Part shown: piece after piece, positions 53,644 through 62,901 of the stretch | Layout: each line of letters begins with the position of its first letter | Position numbering within the stretch: the stretch's first letter is position 1 | Assembly: GCA_038232415.1 (NCBI GenBank) | Contig: JBBSHY010000002.1 | Location: 3,719 to 67,718, forward strand | Source of the DNA: Candidatus Saccharimonadales bacterium | GTDB taxonomy: Bacteria > Patescibacteriota > Saccharimonadia > Saccharimonadales > UBA4665 | DNA length: 64,000 nt | Direction: 5' to 3' | Made by a program: the position numbers and the translations under genes | Notes under the pieces: model-generated | Told to the model about the DNA's origin: nothing | Database searches by the model: none | The model's input: only the letters and a program-made list of their open reading frames with translations

Positions 53644-55176
53644 ATGACGAAGAGCAAGCCTAAGATTAAAGCGGGGTCAGAATTAGAAGAAGCGGAGATC
53701 AGGATAGAAACTCCTGCTGATGAAGCTGCTTCAGAGGCTGTGGTTTTATCTGAAGAGCCTAAGCTTGAAATACCGACCGAATTAGTGGAGCAGCCGTCAG
53801 AAAGACGATCGCGGCGATCGTTTAAGTTTTACGGGACTATAATAGCGGCGGTTCTGGTATTAATAACGGGCATTTGGATAGTTAGTTCGGTTTATTTGTC
53901 TAAAATAACGGTAAGCGGCAAGAGTATTCCGGCTCACTCGAGCGATAGAGTCGTAACGGACGTGTTCAGTAAGCAGTCAGCTGCCTACAAGTTAAATATT
54001 AAATATCCTGACGGCACCACTAAGAAGTATCCATTACAGAGACTTGGTTTAAAACTGGAGCCAACGGCCTCAGTTCAGGCCACTCGTAAGCGGCAGCATT
54101 TACTGGCTAATCGTTTTGTATGGTGGCGGCCGCTCAAAGCTGCAATAGTGTTAAAGAAGAACGACACTGCTTTTAACAATTTTATTGCCACTGACATTAA
54201 TGTCACTGCGCAGCCTTCAAAAGATGCCACCTTAACAATTGTGAACGGCATTATTGTCATAACTGATGCTGTAACGGGTAAACAGTACGGACTTTCACGG
54301 CCCCAGGCGACACTGTCCGTTGCGGCCAGCAATTTGCAGCCGGAAGCAATTAAACTACAAACCCTTACCGTGCATCCGGCCCTAACGGCCAAGGCGCTTG
54401 ACGCCTACAAACCCGGCTTAGAAAAAGCCCTGAATCAGCCGGCTAGCTTAACTATAGGCGATAAAGTGATTAAGCCTACGCCGGCAGACATTGCAACGTG
54501 GCTGGAAATTACACCGGACGATAAATCAAAAAAAGTGGACATCGCGGTTAACAGCGGTAAGGTAGTGGAGTATATAAATAAGGTAGCCAGAGCCGACATT
54601 TTTCCGGCCAGGGCCCAAGTTGAAGTTGTACAGACAGACGGCACCCACCAAGTCTTGGTGGCCGGCACAAACGGCCATGATGTTTTAAATAAGACCGCTG
54701 TTGCAACCTCCGTCTCTAACTCACTTTTAAGCGGTAGCGGTTTTAACTTTTCACTGCCTGTTAATTATGAGCCATTTCAGACCATAATCGCCCAAAATTA
54801 TGATAAGTGGATTGAGGTAGATCTAACAAATAAACGTATGTATGCCTATGAGAAATCAAATATGGTTAAGACGGAACTGGTAACGGCCGGAGCTCCAAGT
54901 TCCCCGACTGTAACCGGCCAGTATGCCATATATTCAAAATTTGCCCAACAAGATATGCGCGGGAATAATGTTGACGGTAGCCGGTTCTTCCAGCCCCATG
55001 TACGCTGGATAAGCTATTTCTATAAAGACTACGCGATCCATGGCAATTACTGGCGCCCGCTAAGTTACTTCGGCGCTATCAATAGTTCGCATGGCTGTGT
55101 AAGCACGGTAGATAGCGACGCCGAATGGATGTATAGCTGGGCGCCAATTGGCACGCCGGTAATTGTTCATACCTAG
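53644..55176 (+). CDS. membrane-anchored L,D-transpeptidase (YkuD domain)
   Basis: 510 aa with an N-terminal TM anchor. The C-terminal domain reads IEVDLTNKRMYAYE...TGQYAIYSK...HGN...SHGCV (catalytic His/Cys). Confidence 0.8.
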   Translation: MTKSKPKIKAGSELEEAEIRIETPADEAASEAVVLSEEPKLEIPTELVEQPSERRSRRSFKFYGTIIAAVLVLITGIWIVSSVYLSKITVSGKSIPAHSSDRVVTDVFSKQSAAYKLNIKYPDGTTKKYPLQRLGLKLEPTASVQATRKRQHLLANRFVWWRPLKAAIVLKKNDTAFNNFIATDINVTAQPSKDATLTIVNGIIVITDAVTGKQYGLSRPQATLSVAASNLQPEAIKLQTLTVHPALTAKALDAYKPGLEKALNQPASLTIGDKVIKPTPADIATWLEITPDDKSKKVDIAVNSGKVVEYINKVARADIFPARAQVEVVQTDGTHQVLVAGTNGHDVLNKTAVATSVSNSLLSGSGFNFSLPVNYEPFQTIIAQNYDKWIEVDLTNKRMYAYEKSNMVKTELVTAGAPSSPTVTGQYAIYSKFAQQDMRGNNVDGSRFFQPHVRWISYFYKDYAIHGNYWRPLSYFGAINSSHGCVSTVDSDAEWMYSWAPIGTPVIVHT

Positions 55177-55223
55177 TACAGTTAACTGTAGATTACCATA
55201 AGGGTTTTCTAGGTTAACTACTA

Positions 55224-55793
55224 TTATTTTTCGTCTTCGCTGCCTTTGAGAGCGGCTTCGATAACATCGCGCGGTAATGCGGCGGCAGATAACAGGGCGT
55301 TACGCACCGTACCGACTGCTTCGCTACCTACAGAGGTGGCTGCGTCCATAGCACCGCCCACAGCTGCTTTAACAGCTTCTGCGCTGTCAACACCGACTTC
55401 ACCAGCCGACTTTACTGCTCCCTGTACCGCTGATACGGCTGCTCCGCCTATATCTCCGCCGGTATCGGCTGTGGCTTGTACTATACCTTGAGCGCCACCG
55501 CGTACTGCCGAGATAAGATCGCCGCCTACGTCACTGACACCGTTAATGATACCGCTCATTGTGTCGGTTGCTACTTCAGTAATAGAAACTCCCACCTGGC
55601 CTGCACCTTTTACCGCGCCGCTGGCAACAGAAGCCACCACCTCGATACTGGCGCCGCCAACTTCACTAGTGGCCTTTAAAGTATTTACAACTTGGTGTCT
55701 TACCGTACTTGTAAGGGCTTCTAAAATATCATCCACTCCTTGGATTGCAGCAACTACTGCATCGGTAGTCTCGGTCACAATTTCTTTTAACAT
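55224..55793 (-). CDS. Gly/Ala/Val-rich repeat protein, function unknown
   Basis: 189 aa with iterated G-G-[AD]-x-x-x-A-V-x-G-A-V-K-x-A-G-x-V-G-V-like units. No TM helix or signal peptide seen. Confidence 0.5.
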   Translation of the reverse strand: MLKEIVTETTDAVVAAIQGVDDILEALTSTVRHQVVNTLKATSEVGGASIEVVASVASGAVKGAGQVGVSITEVATDTMSGIINGVSDVGGDLISAVRGGAQGIVQATADTGGDIGGAAVSAVQGAVKSAGEVGVDSAEAVKAAVGGAMDAATSVGSEAVGTVRNALLSAAALPRDVIEAALKGSEDEK

Positions 55794-55949
55794 GAGTCGT
55801 CTCCTTTATTTGTTACAACATTAATATTATTACACTAGCATAAATAACTTTCTGATGTAAGTATGGCCTTAACCTAGTATAAAAGCTGCAAGCATCCATA
55901 TAATTAATAGATTGTTAAAATCCAGAGCAGTTTTACTGTTATTATTTAA

Positions 55950-56813
55950 GTGCATATGCCCACGAAGACCTTAAAGCAACTTCTAAATCGACAGGTAAAG
56001 GCCAATAAGTATGATTTTGGCCACGTGCTTATTGTGGGCGGGTCGCCCGGTATGGTTGGCGCGCCGTTTTTGGCAGCCAGTGCAGCGCTAAGGACAGGTG
56101 CCGGGCTGGTAACGATTGCTTCCACTGCCGATGTAGTTGATAAGCTTGAAAAAAGAGTCGAAGAAATCATGACCTGCCGTATAGCCGGCAATGTATCAGA
56201 GGCACTTAAAACTCTGGTGACGTTCGTGCGCGACCGTAAAGTTTCCGTGATGGTATTAGGTCCGGGACAAACATCAGAATCCGCAGAGCTGACTGCCGAG
56301 CTATTGAAGTGTTTAGATATTCCTATTATTGCCGATGCCGGCGCTTTTTTTGCTTTCCATGGCAAGCTGGCTTTACTCAGTCAGGTTGGAAACAGAAACA
56401 ATAACGTGATTCTTACGCCGCACGCCGGTGAGTACACCAAGCTAACGGGCAGTAAACCGCCTGAAAATCTAAAGCGGCTTAAGCATGTTGTCTCAGAGTT
56501 TGTCAGAAGCCATAACATAACATTGGTATTCAAAGGCCAGCCAACACTGGTAGCCCACCCGGATGGACGCATATACCAGAATAAAACCGGTAATCCGGGT
56601 ATGGCCACAGCCGGGAGCGGTGATGTACTATCAGGAATGATTGCAGGTCTGCTAGCCCAAGGTTTGGCTACAAGTGAAGCCACTGAAGCGGGAGCCTATC
56701 TTCACGGTTTGGCAGGCGACCTGGCTGCCCAGTCAAAAACCCAACCCGGTATGATCGCTTCGGATATCATCGACTTTATACCGGCTGCTTTTCAGTCACT
56801 TGGGATACGTTAA
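55950..56813 (+). CDS. nnrD: ADP-dependent NAD(P)H-hydrate dehydratase (YjeF C-terminal type)
   Basis: KYDFGHVLIVGGSPGMVGAPFLAASAALRTGAGLV and GSGDVLSGMIAG. Confidence 0.85.
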   Translation: MHMPTKTLKQLLNRQVKANKYDFGHVLIVGGSPGMVGAPFLAASAALRTGAGLVTIASTADVVDKLEKRVEEIMTCRIAGNVSEALKTLVTFVRDRKVSVMVLGPGQTSESAELTAELLKCLDIPIIADAGAFFAFHGKLALLSQVGNRNNNVILTPHAGEYTKLTGSKPPENLKRLKHVVSEFVRSHNITLVFKGQPTLVAHPDGRIYQNKTGNPGMATAGSGDVLSGMIAGLLAQGLATSEATEAGAYLHGLAGDLAAQSKTQPGMIASDIIDFIPAAFQSLGIR

Positions 56814-56916
56814 AAAAAATTATTTTGCTCGATTCTAGAGAAAAGTTAGCAGCAGTTTATTATTAAATATAAAAATAATTTGACTTTATGAAGTATTTGA
56901 ATTAACATTCAACTAA

Positions 56917-57243
56917 ATGGTTGAATATACTTTATCACTAGATTCCATCTTTGGCTCGCTGGCCGATCCTACCCGCCGCGATATTTTGAACCGTGTGTCG
57001 GAGAATGAACTGTCAGTCAGTGAAATCGCCCAACCGTATGATTTCACACTGGCAGCCATTTCCAAGCACATTAAGATACTGGAGAAGGCTAAGCTGGTAA
57101 TTAAACGCCGCCAAGGCAAGCAGCAGTTTGTGCAGGTTTCGCCGCTGGCCTTCAAAGATGCTACCACTTACCTGGAGAATTACCAGAAACTGTGGGATGA
57201 AAGGTTTGACGTTTTGGAAGAATATTTAAGCAAGGAGGAATAG
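56917..57243 (+). CDS. ArsR/SmtB-family transcriptional regulator
   Basis: 108 aa. LADPTRRDILNRV...LSVSEIAQPYDFTLAAISKHIKILEKAKLV. Confidence 0.85.
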   Translation: MVEYTLSLDSIFGSLADPTRRDILNRVSENELSVSEIAQPYDFTLAAISKHIKILEKAKLVIKRRQGKQQFVQVSPLAFKDATTYLENYQKLWDERFDVLEEYLSKEE

Positions 57244-57286
57244 GTATGGGCGAACATTTAATAGTAATCAATAAGGAGGACTAACT

Positions 57287-57763
57287 ATGTCTACAGACAA
57301 AACTGAAATTACTGCTTCAACGGGCGGCCGGGAAATTATAATCACCAGGGTTTTTGATGCGCCGCGCGAGAAAGTCTGGCGGGCTTACACTGACCCTGAA
57401 CTTGTTATTAAATGGATGGGCCCGCGAAGGCTGACGGGGAAGATTGATGCTTGGGAATTAAAGCCGGGCGGCCGTTGGGGGTTCACTCATACCGATGCGG
57501 ATGGTAACGAGTATGTATTCCACGGCTTCAACCATGAAGTTAAGACGTCTGAGCGGCTGACGAGAACTTTCGAATTCCATGGTTGGCCAGGACACGTATC
57601 GTTAGAAACGGCGCTTTTTGAAGACCAGAACGGAAAAACCAAAATTACTGCTACCTCAGTTTTTCTAACTCCCGAAGACCGCGACGGCATGATAAAGAGT
57701 GGCATGGAAACAGGCGTTAAAGAAGGCAATGAGCGCCTGGACGAGTTGCTGAAAACTTTATAG
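57287..57763 (+). CDS. SRPBCC/AHSA1-domain protein
   Basis: 158 aa. ...ITRVFDAPREKVWRAYTDPELV.KW... is the usual partner of the ArsR gene upstream. Confidence 0.8.
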   Translation: MSTDKTEITASTGGREIIITRVFDAPREKVWRAYTDPELVIKWMGPRRLTGKIDAWELKPGGRWGFTHTDADGNEYVFHGFNHEVKTSERLTRTFEFHGWPGHVSLETALFEDQNGKTKITATSVFLTPEDRDGMIKSGMETGVKEGNERLDELLKTL

Positions 57764-57831
57764 TGCGGGAAATGCCTAGTAAAAGTGAGTTGCAAAACTA
57801 ACCTAAGAGTGTAAAATATACAAATAATTTA

Positions 57832-58086
57832 ATGAGGTCCGGTGTGGCTAAGAATAAAAGTTTAGATAACGCGATTGTCGTTAAGAATTTACGGAAATCG
57901 TATAAAGACCTTAAAGTGCTGCGCGGCATTAATTTTAATGTTAAAAGGGGCACGGTGATGGCATTGCTCGGCCCCAACGGTGCCGGTAAGACTACCACTA
58001 TACGAATTTTGAGTACTTTACTTTTGCCGGATGGCGGCCAGGCTCTTATTAATGGCTACGACGTAGTATGGCGGGCCGGTTGTTGA
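57832..58086 (+). pseudogene. ABC transporter ATP-binding protein, N-terminal fragment only
   Basis: Walker A LLGPNGAGKTTTIRIL, then the frame ends after ...INGYDVV at ~58070. There is no Q-loop, signature or Walker B in any frame of the AT-rich 58087-58306. Confidence 0.7.
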
Positions 58087-58306
58087 CATCGAGTATGTAC
58101 TGCTTATCGGGCGATATTAATACGTACGACAGTATAAGGAATGCGCCAACTCCGATGACGATGAATAAGCAAGTAAAGCAATTTTTATATATTTATTTCG
58201 AAAAAGCAACAAATTATTTAGAGTGTATTTCATCTTGCTTAAATATACACCAAGCAATGTATTGCTAAAAAGAGATTATCCCGCTTATTGGTTCCATAAG
58301 AATAAG

Positions 58307-58930
58307 CTAGGCTTTGCCCCCTGCGGTACGAATATTTTTGCTTATAACTTTGCCGCTAGTGGAGGTTTTGTAGACTAGCACTTCGCCGGTGCCGATCTCA
58401 AGTTCGTGAGCTTTATCATCATCGACACTTTCCAGGTATTTCATAATTGCCCGCAGTGAATTGCCATGGGCGGAAATGATTATATTTTTACCGGCTTTGA
58501 GGTCTTCCAGAATGTATTCTTTAAAGTAAGGGACAGCCCGTGTGTATACGTCTTCCAGTGTTTCACCGTTCTTTATCGGATGATCCCAGTAACGGCGTAT
58601 TTTCTGAAATTCTTCCTCCCCGACTTGAGCCATCACTTCCCACTTATTTTTACCGGCATAGTCACCGTAGTCACGTTCATTTAAGGCTTCATGTTCTATA
58701 GTCTTGAGTTCTGTTTGACCCAGGGCTTGCTTAATCTCATCCAAGGTTTGCTGGGCGCGCGACAACTTGGAAGTATAAGCCTTATGAAATGTAATGTCAT
58801 GCAAATGTCCAGCTGCTTTTTTGGCTTCTTGCTTACCCTTTTTGCTCAATGGCACGTCGATCTGGCCTGTCCATAGGCCCAAGGCGTTCCACTCGGATTG
58901 GCCGTGACGGACCAGTACAAGATAGGCCAT
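58307..58930 (-). CDS. gpmA: 2,3-bisphosphoglycerate-dependent phosphoglycerate mutase
   Basis: MAYLVLVRHGQSEWN from ATG 58930, 1 nt after the eno stop. The track extension to 58972 uses TTG inside eno. Confidence 0.9.
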   Translation of the reverse strand: MAYLVLVRHGQSEWNALGLWTGQIDVPLSKKGKQEAKKAAGHLHDITFHKAYTSKLSRAQQTLDEIKQALGQTELKTIEHEALNERDYGDYAGKNKWEVMAQVGEEEFQKIRRYWDHPIKNGETLEDVYTRAVPYFKEYILEDLKAGKNIIISAHGNSLRAIMKYLESVDDDKAHELEIGTGEVLVYKTSTSGKVISKNIRTAGGKA

Positions 58931-58931
58931 T

Positions 58932-60227
58932 TTATTGTCGCTTCTTTCTCTCCAGGGCTGCTCGTCCGGCAAACACTGCCTTGGAGCCCAACTGTTCTTC
59001 TATGCGTAAAAGTTCATTATACTTTGCTACCCGGTCTGTGCGGCTTAAGCTGCCGGTTTTTATCTGACCGGTACCGAGCCCGACTGCCAGGTGCGCAATA
59101 GTCGTATCTTCGGTTTCGCCGGAACGATGCGATATGACAGCTTTCCAGCCGGCATCATGGGCCATCTTCACGGCATCTATAGTTTCGCTAAGTGTGCCAA
59201 TTTGATTTAGTTTGATAAGAATTGCATTGGCGGCTCTCTGGGCAATACCCTTTTTAAGGATCTCAGTATTGGTAACAAGTAAGTCGTCGCCCACTATCTG
59301 GAGACGGTCACCAAGCAGGGAGGTAAGTTGTTGCCAGCCGGACCAGTCATCTTCAGCTAAACCATCTTCGATCGAAGCTATTGGGTATTGCCGGACGAGC
59401 TCCTGGTAAAATTTAATCAAGCTCTGACTATCAAGTGATTTGTTTTCACTCCTAAGCTGGTATTGGCCGCTTATGAACAGTTCGCTAGCTGCTGTATCCA
59501 GCGCTAATACTACGTCGCGTCCTAACGAATAGCCGGCTTTGCTGACGGCTGTTGCGATTAGTTCGAGCGCTTCCACATTCCCATTTTTTACAGCGGGCGC
59601 ATAACCGCCTTCGTCGCCGACTGTCGTGCCATAACCATTTGTATGGAGGACTTTGCCTAGCGTGTGGAAAATTTCGGCGCCCATTTGGATAGCCTGGCTA
59701 AAGCTTTGCGCGCCGACGGGCATAATCATGAACTCCTGAATGTCGGTGCTGCCTGCCGCGTGTTTACCGCCATTGATTATGTTCATCATTGGGAGGGGCA
59801 ATGTGAGATTGGAGTTGTCGGCCAGATCAGCGAAATATTTATATAATGGTTGCTTGTGGCTCGCCGCGGCAGCTTTAGTTGTGCCCAGCGAAACAGCTAA
59901 AATTGCATTGGCTCCCAAACGGCTCTTATTTGGCGTGCCGTCTAATACGACCATCAGCTTATCGATAGCCCGTTGATCATCAGCATCATGCCCCAAGAGT
60001 GCTTGTTTTATATCGGTATTGATATGGCTTACAGCTTTTAGAACGCTTTTACCGCCGTAAGGCGCGTCGTTGTCGCGAAGTTCTACTGCTTCACGTGTGC
60101 CGGTGCTGGCGCCGGACGGTACGGCGGCTCTGCCGAGTGTGCCATCTTCTAATGTAACGTCGGCTTCAACTGTCGGGTTGCCTCTGCTATCTAGTATCTG
60201 CCGGGCAAAAACATCTGCTATTTTCAT
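58932..60227 (-). CDS. eno: enolase
   Basis: 431 aa. [24 protein letters not shown]... ...[13 protein letters not shown].... Confidence 0.95.
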   Translation of the reverse strand: MKIADVFARQILDSRGNPTVEADVTLEDGTLGRAAVPSGASTGTREAVELRDNDAPYGGKSVLKAVSHINTDIKQALLGHDADDQRAIDKLMVVLDGTPNKSRLGANAILAVSLGTTKAAAASHKQPLYKYFADLADNSNLTLPLPMMNIINGGKHAAGSTDIQEFMIMPVGAQSFSQAIQMGAEIFHTLGKVLHTNGYGTTVGDEGGYAPAVKNGNVEALELIATAVSKAGYSLGRDVVLALDTAASELFISGQYQLRSENKSLDSQSLIKFYQELVRQYPIASIEDGLAEDDWSGWQQLTSLLGDRLQIVGDDLLVTNTEILKKGIAQRAANAILIKLNQIGTLSETIDAVKMAHDAGWKAVISHRSGETEDTTIAHLAVGLGTGQIKTGSLSRTDRVAKYNELLRIEEQLGSKAVFAGRAALERKKRQ

Positions 60228-60315
60228 ATAAATTACACATTTTCCCCTTACACTTTATTGTAGCAGGCATTTTAACAGGCAGGACAAAACCACGCTCTCG
60301 TGGTAGTCTGAAGCT

Positions 60316-60981
60316 ATGAAACCAGCCAGAATGATAAAAACATTCAATGACCGTTATCCGCTGGTTGGGCCGGTTTTCTGGATGACCAGCGTTCAGTACT
60401 TCATAACCCAGATTGTAGTAGCTCACGCCTGGACAAGTTTTTATAGTCTGTCCCGTAATCCGATTAGTGATTTGGGTAATACTGCGTGCGGGGTTTACTC
60501 GGGCCGGTTAGTATGCTCACCTCTCCATAACTGGATGAATGCTTCGTTTGTAGTGTTAGGATTGACGATGATTGCCGGCTCCTTGCTTATATACCATGAA
60601 TTCCGCAAAAGCCGGGCTGGTGCAGTCGGTTTTAATTTTATGGCTCTGGCTGGTTTCGGCACTATACTGGTGGGATTATTCCCGGAAAATACTGTCAGTG
60701 CTCTTCATGCACTTGGCGCGGCACTGCCGTTTTTTATCGGTAATGTGGGCTTAATAGTGCTGGGCCTGGCTTTGGATATACCGCGAGCCTTTAAATATTA
60801 CACAATTTTCTCAGGTGTTATCGCACTGATTGCCCTAGTGCTTTTTTATACGAATATCTATTTAGGAATTGGCCAAGGCGGCATGGAACGGATTACCGCC
60901 TACCCGCAAACTATCTGGCTAATCATTTTTGGTATTTATATGTCCAGTAATCATTTTAGAGGCCGTACTTCTAACCATTAA
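60316..60981 (+). CDS. DUF998-family membrane protein
   Basis: 221 aa with ~6 TM helices. ...NPISDLGNTACG... fits DUF998 as recalled. Confidence 0.6.
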   Translation: MKPARMIKTFNDRYPLVGPVFWMTSVQYFITQIVVAHAWTSFYSLSRNPISDLGNTACGVYSGRLVCSPLHNWMNASFVVLGLTMIAGSLLIYHEFRKSRAGAVGFNFMALAGFGTILVGLFPENTVSALHALGAALPFFIGNVGLIVLGLALDIPRAFKYYTIFSGVIALIALVLFYTNIYLGIGQGGMERITAYPQTIWLIIFGIYMSSNHFRGRTSNH

Positions 60982-60999
60982 TAACACATAAAAATTTTG

Positions 61000-61674
61000 T
61001 TACTTGAGTATATTCACAGCTCTTGATGCCACTAAGGCCAATGCCGTGAGCGAAACGAGCGACTGGGTCATCATAAGTACTTTAGCAATACGAGTTAAGG
61101 GCATTGTGTCTGTGGGGCTGAAGGCAGTGGCATTGGTGGCCGAAACGTAAAGATAATCTACGAAATTGGGGCGCCAGCCAATCGGCGCTAATTCCGGATT
61201 TTGCATCTGCGGGAAAGAAAAATCCCTGTCCCTTATATCGCTCTTGTGGCGCTTAACCGGGCCACCCGAATCCAATTCCCAATACAGCAGTCCAAAGACA
61301 ATAATATTGGTGAGAAATATATTAACAGCCGTAATTATCAGACCATGTCCGTCCTCAACTTTGCCTCCTACTAAGAGTATGTGGGCCAACCGCTGAAGGG
61401 CGTATATATTGGCAATGGCAATAAAAACTATTAAAGTGACGGAGTTAAATTTTCTTAGCAGAGGATTGGTAAACACGTACTTCTTACTCGTCAAAAATAA
61501 AGATATCACCAGAAAGCCTTCCAGTATCGGCAGGGCAAAACGCGGCCCGACTACAAACTTATCGGGCAGTAGTAGTTGCAGTAACAGTGCCAGGACTACG
61601 GTGAACTCTACATGCCATATCGGGTCACCGTCTAAGGCATTACGGTCAGGTAGTTTAAGGTCGGGTTTTTGCAT
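61000..61674 (-). CDS. DUF1345-family membrane protein
   Basis: 224 aa. ...DFSFPQ...FVDYLYVSATNATAFSPTD... fits DUF1345 as recalled. Confidence 0.65.
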   Translation of the reverse strand: MQKPDLKLPDRNALDGDPIWHVEFTVVLALLLQLLLPDKFVVGPRFALPILEGFLVISLFLTSKKYVFTNPLLRKFNSVTLIVFIAIANIYALQRLAHILLVGGKVEDGHGLIITAVNIFLTNIIVFGLLYWELDSGGPVKRHKSDIRDRDFSFPQMQNPELAPIGWRPNFVDYLYVSATNATAFSPTDTMPLTRIAKVLMMTQSLVSLTALALVASRAVNILK

Positions 61675-61816
61675 GACTTGACTAATTATACGTGAGATAC
61701 ATCGTTTGTCATATATATAATAGTATGTCTAAGCATGCCCGACGGTAAAGTCATAATGTGTATAAATAGTTTCAACTTTTTAAGTCCGGGCAGCTTAACG
61801 CAGGCCTGAACCGCTC

Positions 61817-62293
61817 TTAGAGGTAAGTCAATTCTTTAAGTTTCGTGATTACTTCTTGGTTTGATTTGTAGACAAGGACCTCCATGCCAGCTTTAGACGC
61901 AGCTAGAGTATTGGCCGTTTTGTCGTCTATATAAAGGACTTCATCAGGCCGGCAGTTAATTATGTTTGCAATTTTTACATATGCCTGTGAATCGGTTTTA
62001 TCTATGCCTAATTTTTGGGCGCTGAGCACACCTGTTATTGAGTTTTCTATTAGGCTTTTTATTGAAGGATGGTCTTGTATAGTCTCGGTAGTAAATACGT
62101 ATACCGGTATGCGTGAGTTCACACGCTTATAAAAACTAAGTAATTCGTCATTTAATACAAAATAGTTAAAGAATGGGTAGTGCGGATTGCGTCGTAACAA
62201 GCTATTATTTAGCGCGTTTAATCCACTTTGATATTTTTTATCTTTTGGGTGAAGTAACACCCTGGAGAAGTCCGTAACAGCTATTTTTATCAT
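61817..62293 (-). CDS. HAD-superfamily hydrolase-like protein
   Basis: 158 aa. N-terminal IAVTDFSRVL (degenerate DxD) and C-terminal YIDDK...AGM motif IV. Confidence 0.55.
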   Translation of the reverse strand: MIKIAVTDFSRVLLHPKDKKYQSGLNALNNSLLRRNPHYPFFNYFVLNDELLSFYKRVNSRIPVYVFTTETIQDHPSIKSLIENSITGVLSAQKLGIDKTDSQAYVKIANIINCRPDEVLYIDDKTANTLAASKAGMEVLVYKSNQEVITKLKELTYL

Positions 62294-62337
62294 GATATTA
62301 TGCCGATCTTGTTTTAATCATTATTAATGATAGATAC

Positions 62338-62535
62338 TTATTTAAAAGGCGGGATAGATAATTGAATAAATAAGAAACCGGGGACTAACTGTAAAATAAG
62401 TAGACCAGTGGTGGCTATTAATGCTCGCAAGACTTTATTTTGTTTACTGAATCTTCTTAAACAGAAGACTATGAAGAAATATGAAGCGGCAGCAATTATT
62501 ATCTGAAGGATTGTGATTTGCACGATAAAGGGCAT
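62338..62535 (-). CDS. small two-TM membrane protein (hypothetical)
   Basis: 65-aa ORF with two hydrophobic helices. No other support. Confidence 0.3.
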   Translation of the reverse strand: MPFIVQITILQIIIAAASYFFIVFCLRRFSKQNKVLRALIATTGLLILQLVPGFLFIQLSIPPFK

Positions 62536-62633
62536 TCAAAGATTATATCAACAATTCTCTCTGCTCATAACCAGGCGCATGCAGCGATTTGTTACATTGA
62601 AAGGGTTAACTTAATGGTTAAGGAGTAAATAAT

Positions 62634-62843
62634 ATGCAAAAAATTCCCACGTTTTTGACCTATAATGATCAGGCTGAAGAAGCGGTTAATTTATATACCT
62701 CCGTTTTCAAAAATTCCCAGATTGGCAGAGTTAGTCGTTACGGCGATACCGGACCCGGCCAGAAGGGCAGCGTAATGTCCGCAACATTCCAGATCGATAA
62801 AATTGACATAAATGGTTTGAAGCAAGCCTACGAACAACAATAA
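62634..62843 (+). pseudogene. PhnB/3-demethylubiquinone-9 3-methyltransferase-domain (VOC-like) gene with a large in-frame internal deletion
   Basis: MQKIPTFLTYNDQAEEAVNLYTSVFKNSQIGRVSRYGDTGPGQKGSVMSATFQID matches the family N-terminus. It then jumps directly to KIDINGLKQAYEQQ*, which resembles the family C-terminal end. About 90 codons are missing. Confidence 0.5.
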
Positions 62844-62901
62844 TGGGCGTGATAGCTCTATAAAATTTCTGGCTGAGCGTTCAAAATCTTGCTAGAATAT
62901 T

